Shown: one piece after another, positions 27,110 through 32,000 of the stretch
Layout of the letters: every line of letters begins with the position of its first letter
Numbering within the stretch: position 1 is the stretch's first letter
Program-made: the position numbers and the translations under genes
Assembly: GCF_036323395.1 (NCBI RefSeq)
Contig: NZ_AP028907.1
Location: 1 to 32,000 of the forward strand
Origin: Pyrodictium abyssi
Lineage (GTDB): Archaea > Thermoproteota > Thermoprotei_A > Sulfolobales > Pyrodictiaceae
Length of the DNA: 32,000 nucleotides
Direction: 5' to 3'
The notes under the pieces: model-generated
Seen by the model: only the letters and a program-made list of their open reading frames with translations
Databases searched by the model: none
Told to the model about the DNA's origin: nothing

Positions 27110-27670
27110 TTAGCTGGTGCTCAGCACCTTTATGTTGAGGAGCACTGGTACGTTGTCGAACAGCATGCCCTCTCTGACCTCGTAGAACACCTCTACCTTT
27201 ATCTTGGCGTCCTTGTTTCCGTCACTGTTTAGGTCGGTGTTGAAGTCCTCGTGGTCTAGTATTATTACTGCTGGTTTCCATAGGGTGGCGTAGCCCTTCT
27301 CCTCCAGCAGCACGTCATCTGATTCACTAACTGTACCCTTCATGTCCCAGGTCGTGAACTTTACCATAAAGTAGTCGAAGAGCGGGGCCAGCTGCTTAGC
27401 GTTTGCTACGCGTATCTCCAGCTTGGTTATGTTCACGTCTTTGCGCGCGTATATGGTTATGTTGCCTAGGTCTACGTGTCCTTGAGCGCCTGCAGCCGGT
27501 GTGAGGTTGGTGAGATCGTTCTTCACGTCTATTGGCTCGCTGGCTACATCGGCTATGCCTGTGGCGAAGAAGCTGTTTAGCAGGCTCTTGGTGGTGGCGA
27601 AGCCGGATAGTAGGGCGAGGGCGGCAGCCGAGGCGAGGATACCCGCTATAGCTAGGGCTGAGTACCTCAT
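27110..27670 (-). CDS. canA-like: cannula structural protein homologue (Pyrodictium CanA-like), secreted
   Basis: Signal peptide 'MRYSALAIAGILASAAALALLSGFA'; mature part 'TTKSLLNSFFATGIADVASEPIDVKNDLTNLTPAAGAQGHVDLGNI...VNITKLEIRVANAKQLAPLF...FYEVREGMLFDNVPVLLNIKVL' recognised from memory of CanA (TTQSPLNSFYATGTAQAVSEPIDV..., ANAEQL.PYF, YEAKEGMLFDSLPVIFNFQVL). ATG 27670 with GGGGTG upstream. Confidence 0.9.
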   Translation of the reverse strand: MRYSALAIAGILASAAALALLSGFATTKSLLNSFFATGIADVASEPIDVKNDLTNLTPAAGAQGHVDLGNITIYARKDVNITKLEIRVANAKQLAPLFDYFMVKFTTWDMKGTVSESDDVLLEEKGYATLWKPAVIILDHEDFNTDLNSDGNKDAKIKVEVFYEVREGMLFDNVPVLLNIKVLSTS

Positions 27671-27710
27671 ACCAGTATACACCCCGGCTTGCGTCGTGTT
27701 GTAGTTTGGG

Positions 27711-27738
27711 ATACAGCCTGTATATAAGTCTTATACAG
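27711..27738 (-). promoter_or_regulatory. cannula gene promoter: TATA box with three overlapping inverted-repeat half-sites
   Basis: + strand atacagcctgtatataagtcttatacag: ATACAG-c-CTGTAT and CTGTATA-N7-TATACAG; minus-strand TATA CTTATATA at 27728..27721, about 50 nt from the ATG. Confidence 0.65.
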
Positions 27739-27902
27739 TTCAGTGGAAACGATACTATAATGCGGAAAATATAAGTTCTGTGGTCCTGGGGTGGGACGGT
27801 AACACGTCAGCTGGATCCGTGCCCCGCGCTGCGAGATCTAGACGGCGTTCCCGGCGGCCTAGGTATCCATGCTGCTGGTGTGCCGTATCCCCCTGGGGCC
27901 GG

Positions 27903-27910
27903 GTATAAAT
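27903..27910 (+). promoter_or_regulatory. putative TATA box for prs
   Basis: gggtataaatcg about 45 nt upstream of GTG 27953. Confidence 0.55.
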
Positions 27911-27952
27911 CGCCCAGCAGGCCCGTGGGCTGGTGCTCCCGGGGGCATTGCT

Positions 27953-28897
27953 GTGAGCCGCTATGTTGTCGTCGCTGCCCCGGGTACCCCGGGGAGCCTT
28001 GCCGAGGGCCTCACGCGGGGGCTTGGCGCCGAACTAGCCTGGGCTGAGAGCAAGCTGTTCCCGGACGGCGAGAGCTACGTGAGGATACCCGTCGCGCTCG
28101 AGGGCGCCACCGCCGTGGTCGTCTCGACGGGCTACCCGGAGCCCACCCGCCGGCTATGGGAGGCCGCTCTCCTCGCCGAGGCCTCCCGGGGCCTAGGCGC
28201 CAGCCACGTCGTAGCGCTCCTCGGCTACCTGCCGTATAGCCGGCAGGACCGCCGGTTTATACGCGGCGAGCCGGTCAGCGTCCGGGCTGCGCTCTCGCTG
28301 CTAGCCGCGGCCGGCGCGGAGGCGTTCGCCACGGTGGACGTTCACAAGCCTGCTAGCCTCCACTGGTTCCCCGGGCCCGTGGCCAACGTTGACCCGAGCC
28401 CGGCCTTCGCCGAGCGGCTCCGCGGGGTAGCCGACGCCAGCGAGAAGCTCTACGTGGTGGCTCCGGACCGCGGCGCGCTGCCCCGGGCCCGGAGGCTAGC
28501 CGAGCGGCTCGGCGCAGCCTTCGACTACCTGGAGAAGCGCCGGGACCGCGTAACCGGCGAGATAGTGGTCAAGCCCAAGACCCTGGACGTCGAGGGCGCC
28601 ACGGTCATACTCGTGGACGACATAGTCAGCACCGGCGGCACCATGGCCCGTGCCGCCGAGATGCTCCTAGCCCAGGGCGCCCGGGAGGTCATAGCAGCGT
28701 GCACCCACGGCCTCTTCACCGGCAACGCCGTCGAGAAGCTCAGGAGGGCCGGAGTATCCATGATACTCTCCAGCAACACCGTGGAGCCGCCCCCGGGCGT
28801 CGAGATGGTCGACGTCAGCAAGCAAGCCGCAGAGGCAGTAGACCAGCTCCTAGAAGCGCTAGCCGGCTACGAGCAGGAGCAGCCAGCCAAGGGCTAG
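27953..28897 (+). CDS. prs: ribose-phosphate pyrophosphokinase (PRPP synthetase)
   Basis: 'FPDGESYVRIP', 'LLGYLPYSRQDRRFIRGEPVS', 'FATVDVHKP', 'VVAPDRGALPRAR', 'VILVDDIVSTGGTMARAAEML' PRPP-binding loop. GTG start 27953. Confidence 0.95.
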   Translation: MSRYVVVAAPGTPGSLAEGLTRGLGAELAWAESKLFPDGESYVRIPVALEGATAVVVSTGYPEPTRRLWEAALLAEASRGLGASHVVALLGYLPYSRQDRRFIRGEPVSVRAALSLLAAAGAEAFATVDVHKPASLHWFPGPVANVDPSPAFAERLRGVADASEKLYVVAPDRGALPRARRLAERLGAAFDYLEKRRDRVTGEIVVKPKTLDVEGATVILVDDIVSTGGTMARAAEMLLAQGAREVIAACTHGLFTGNAVEKLRRAGVSMILSSNTVEPPPGVEMVDVSKQAAEAVDQLLEALAGYEQEQPAKG

Positions 28898-29664
28898 AGG
28901 GGCAACGCTGAAACCCTCCCCGCCTGGTACAGCACCCCAGTGGAGCCCCGTGGGCCGCAGGAGCCGCCGAAGAGGCGACGGGATGGGCCCACGGCCTCTG
29001 GGGGCGCCCGCAGACCCCCACCTTCCGTCGACTTGCCGCTTCTCCGGGCCGGGTGGAGACGAGCCTCCAGGAGCCTCGGCCGGGGCTAGGGATAAGGCCC
29101 GGAGGCTAGCCCCCTTCTACCCTGGAGCCTCGGCCGACACCCGGGGGCGAGGCCGCCGCAGAGGGCCCCGGCGGCTCAGTGACCCCGGGCCCGGGCGCTA
29201 GAGGCCGCGGCCAGCCTCTCCCAAAAGCTCTCCATCATCATCGCATTGGAACCGCATGAACATTATATAGGGGTGTCTATAACAGCATTAAGCCAGTCCC
29301 CGGTGCACAGTCTTCTCGCGAACTCTACACCTTGCTTTGTCGGCCCATGGCTCTTCTCCCACACCAGGCCCATGGCCGCTAGGCGGCTGGGCTGGCCCGC
29401 GTATGGCTTTACACCCTGCAGCCTCTCAGCCCTATGATGCTGGCTAGGACTGCGGCTGCAAGGATTACCCGCTGAGCGCTATCCTGCGGTGCTGTAAAAG
29501 TCGAGGCTTATAGCTTCATGGAAAGGTTCACGGCGTAGTATATACTCTTGTCACCGTGCCCGGTGGCCTCTCCTTCTAGCCCGCATACATGCATGTATGA
29601 ACACCGTTGCTGCTCGTGGAGGGTTTTAGGAGCCGGGCGGAGCGCTCTGCCTGGGTGTAGGGGG

Positions 29665-29859
29665 TTGTCGTCTTCGGAGCTACTATCCGGGATTCGGGAG
29701 ATAAAGAGGAGGCTGGCGCAAATCGAGTCGATGCCACGGCTGGTGGTCGAGAAGAACCTGGCTGAAGAGGAGCCTCTCCCTGACGAGGTCGAGGCGATAC
29801 AGTCTAGGGACGAGCTTGTAGACCTCGACGAAGTCAAGAGAAAGCTGCTGAGGGGCTAA
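29665..29859 (+). CDS. relB-like: RelB-like antitoxin
   Basis: TTG start; 'SSSELLSGIREIKRRLAQIESMPRLVVEKNLAEEEPLPDEVEAIQSRDELVDLDEVKRKLLRG' resembles archaeal RelE-associated antitoxins. Confidence 0.65.
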   Translation: MSSSELLSGIREIKRRLAQIESMPRLVVEKNLAEEEPLPDEVEAIQSRDELVDLDEVKRKLLRG

Positions 29860-29869
29860 GGGAGGCTCG

Positions 29870-30149
29870 TTGACAAGGAGGTTCCGGGTAAGGGTTAAGC
29901 GTAGAGCAGCCCGGGCGCTGGAGGAGCTGCCCAGAGAGTACCAGCTTAAAGTACTAGAGGTACTGGAGACGCTGGAGGAGCCCCCTACCCCACAGGGAGT
30001 ACGATTTAAAGAAGCTCCGGGGCTTCGAGGACACCTTTAGAATCCGCTTAGGCTGCGTAAGGGTCGTCTACAGCGTTGACTAGGCCTCGGGGACAATTAT
30101 AGTGCACTTCATAGGCTCCAGGAGCAGAGCCTACAAGCACACGACATAG
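29870..30149 (+). pseudogene. relE-like: degenerate RelE toxin gene (one frameshift, one in-frame stop)
   Basis: Frame 0 from TTG 29870: LTRRFRVRVKRRAARALEELPREYQLKVLEVLETLEEPPTPQG; continues in the +1 frame from 30003: DLKKLRGFEDTFRIRLGCVRVVYSVD-TAG(30081)-ASGTIIVHFIGSRSRAYKHTT-TAG(30147). Confidence 0.8.
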
Positions 30150-30472
30150 CACGCCGCCACCTATCGCCATGGGTCCTGGTGCATGTAGCGAACCCCCGGC
30201 AATGCGTGTTCGCGGCATTACGGTAAGTGGTAATCAGTGTACACGGGGATACGCGGCTATATTGTTACCACTATTACAGCCTGAAGCATATTGTCATTGA
30301 CGCTATAGTAGTCGTAGTCGTCGCCGCTGTTGCGGCAGCCATTCCGACCCGAGTTCAAATCCAACGCCGATTACTAGTATGTATCTAGTATCTACTCTAG
30401 TTCCGCGTTTCCTCATAGCAGGCGAAAACAACCTTACCGTAGGACAGTAAAGAGTATTGAAAGAAGCGACAC

Positions 30473-30751
30473 ATGGCTATTAAATTGTCTTGGCTTTATA
30501 TTATTAGGGAAGTGGGGCAGGGACATGCCTTGGTGCGCCGCTGCGTCTGGCTTGACGGCTCGCTGCTGAAGGCGTGCCGGGTGCTAAGGGCCCGGCTCGG
30601 GCCCCTAGGCTACCGCGCGATATGCCGTAGCGGCCTCCCCGACGGGGCTATAGACGCTATGGCTGCCAGGGCTGGCTGCGCTGTGGCGACCAGCGACGAG
30701 CACATAGTGAGAGCAGTCATGGAGGCATGCTGGGCCAAGATACCACAGTAG
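30473..30751 (+). CDS. small hypothetical protein, weakly DUF5615/PIN-like
   Basis: 'LDGSLLKACRVLRARLGPLGYRAICRSGLPDGAIDAMAARAGCAVATSDEHIVRAVMEA'. N-terminus uncertain. Confidence 0.4.
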   Translation: MAIKLSWLYIIREVGQGHALVRRCVWLDGSLLKACRVLRARLGPLGYRAICRSGLPDGAIDAMAARAGCAVATSDEHIVRAVMEACWAKIPQ

Positions 30752-30928
30752 TACGCCGAGAAGAAGAGCACCAGAGGCCTCGCCACACATATACTCAAGC
30801 AGCCTCCACAAGCGCAGTACTGGGGCCGATGAGCCGGGGAGGGTCGTGCCGTAGCGTCCCGTGTACCGGGGTACTGGCTGGGAGGCTGTCCCCCTGGCCC
30901 GCGGGAGTGTGGCGGCGAGGCCCCCGGG

Positions 30929-31726
30929 CTACAGTTCGTCGTCAAAATCGAAGTCTGGCGCCTCCCTGGCTACGCGCAGCGACGCCATATGTAGGGCTGC
31001 CTCGAGCCCCTTTAGCTCGGTGTAGGCCTCGCGCACTCTCCTGGGCTCTAGCCGGCCGGTGCCGGCCAGGTATAGGAGAGCGTCGTACACCAGCGGCCGT
31101 GCCGTGTAGGGCCCGGGCAGGGTCTCTAGGAGCGGGCTAAGGGCGCCCTCTAGCTCGCTAAACGCGTCTAGCACCTTGTCGAATGCCCTCTCGTCCCTCC
31201 TCTCCACCATCTCCTCCAGCGCCTCGGGGCTGCGGGGAACACTGCTGCTATCCACCCCGAACAGCTCTGCAAGCCTGTGGAAGCCTCGGAGGTTGGCCGC
31301 GTAGGTGACGTATACGCGCTCCGGGTCGAGCACGAAGAGGATCTCGGAGGCCTGGCCCACGCCGAGGCCGAGCTCCACGAGGGAGGCCAGCGCCTCAAAC
31401 ACGCCCAGGGAGCCAGCTATGTAGCTCCTTAGGGTGGCCTGGAGCCTCTCCAGAGCCTCCGCGCTGAGCCGGGCCCGGGGCCTCGCCCATAGAGCGTCTA
31501 GCGCGCGCTCCGCCACGGCCGAGGCTTCGCCGCCGCGTAGAGAGGCGAGCATCGACACGAGCTGCTTTAGGTACGCGTACTTGCACGCCGCCCCATCGCA
31601 GCTCAGGGAGCCCTTCATGTTTTCCGGGGCACCATCACGGTATAGGAAGCCCACGAGAGCCGAGAACACCTCGGCTAGCGCGGACCCCGGCACGGCGAGC
31701 CACCGCACAGGAGTAGCACACGGCAC
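30929..31726 (-). CDS. hypothetical helical protein
   Basis: Conserved-looking region 'VPCATPVRWLAVPGSALAEVFSALVGFLYRDG...DFDFDDEL'; listed ORF start 31981 lies inside the neighbouring CDS. GTG at 31726 or 31708. Confidence 0.6.
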   Translation of the reverse strand: MPCATPVRWLAVPGSALAEVFSALVGFLYRDGAPENMKGSLSCDGAACKYAYLKQLVSMLASLRGGEASAVAERALDALWARPRARLSAEALERLQATLRSYIAGSLGVFEALASLVELGLGVGQASEILFVLDPERVYVTYAANLRGFHRLAELFGVDSSSVPRSPEALEEMVERRDERAFDKVLDAFSELEGALSPLLETLPGPYTARPLVYDALLYLAGTGRLEPRRVREAYTELKGLEAALHMASLRVAREAPDFDFDDEL

Positions 31727-31752
31727 ATACGCTATATAGACTGCCCCTGGGG

Positions 31753-32000
31753 CTAGGGCGGCTCGTAGCCCGTCTCGACAAGCACCTTGACGCTGCTGCG
31801 CTCCAGCGCCTTCTCGAAGGCCTCCCGCGCGTTCCTGAGCCCTCGCACCCGGTGTGTGACCACGGGCTCCACTATGCGCTCCCGGAGCAGCCGGAGCGCA
31901 TCCTCGAACTCGCGCCATGTGCCGCACCGGGTCCCGACTATGCGGATCTCCTCGACCACCGCCCTGGTCTGGGGCAGCCATGCGCCCCCGCCGTGGGTGG
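31753..32000 (-). CDS. C-terminal part of zinc-dependent/medium-chain alcohol dehydrogenase-like protein (partial, runs off right edge)
   Basis: Frame stays open to the edge: THGGGAWLPQTRAVVEEIRIVGTRCGTWREFEDALRLLRERIVEPVVTHRVRGLRNAREAFEKALERSSVKVLVETGYEPP; MDR C-terminal pattern (GTR...AL.L......P.VT...L..A.EAFE). Confidence 0.7.
   Translation of the reverse strand, partial: THGGGAWLPQTRAVVEEIRIVGTRCGTWREFEDALRLLRERIVEPVVTHRVRGLRNAREAFEKALERSSVKVLVETGYEPP

Noticed and set aside
30003-30149. Programmed frameshifting to rescue RelE
   Set aside because: Even after the shift a TAG at 30081 interrupts the conserved C-terminal strand region, so two independent lesions fit pseudogenisation better than recoding.
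30346-30374. tRNA T-loop-like string gagttcaaatcc
   Set aside because: Flanking bases do not form a 5-bp T-stem (CCGAG versus CCAAC) and no acceptor, D or anticodon arms were found upstream; likely chance or at best a tiny remnant.
31727-31981. N-terminal 85 residues of the 350-aa ORF 30929..31981
   Set aside because: Overlaps the better-supported dehydrogenase C-terminus in another frame; composition is Arg/Gly/Ala noise.
1-32000. CRISPR array, transposase, integrase, rRNA
   Set aside because: No regularly spaced direct repeats, DDE/tyrosine recombinase motifs or rRNA-like sequence noticed on reading; absence cannot be proven without computation.

Overview
GC-rich archaeal chromosomal window. 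Gene content and a cannula (CanA-like) protein point to a hyperthermophilic crenarchaeon of the Pyrodictiaceae (Pyrodictium-like); this is an inference, since no database was searched. Recognisable content, left to right: an AT-richer partial CDS at the left edge; an MBL-fold hydrolase; a SWIM zinc-finger protein; an MJ0936/YfcE-like phosphodiesterase; a membrane-anchored winged-helix protein; an archaeal ATPase with a DUF234/nuclease-like C-terminus; an archaeal split glutamate synthase (class-II amidotransferase plus GXGXG protein, and a separate FMN GltB2-like protein); a polyprenol-kinase/CDP-lipid transferase-like membrane protein; a degenerate PduO-like protein; a divergent dipeptide epimerase / DUF1611 pair resembling DgcA/DgcN of D-glutamate metabolism; a NifX-like protein with a His-rich insert; an amidohydrolase; a porGDAB 2-oxoacid:ferredoxin oxidoreductase operon; a SIS-domain protein; a His/Met-rich membrane protein with a winged-helix neighbour; a MoxR-DUF58 cluster divergent from DUF4129-like and DUF4350-like genes across an AT-rich non-coding island; VapBC; the cannula protein; PRPP synthetase; and a RelB-like antitoxin next to a decayed RelE. 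The standout is the cannula subunit homologue at 27110..27670. It carries a dockerin/EF-hand-like Asp/Asn loop, and its promoter has three ATACAG/CTGTAT half-sites wrapped around the TATA box. Other strong sequence-level signals are a 50-nt two-segment hairpin at 20377..20426, an 8-bp inverted repeat at the moxR promoter, and the relE pseudogene. No tRNA, rRNA, CRISPR array or transposase was identified.
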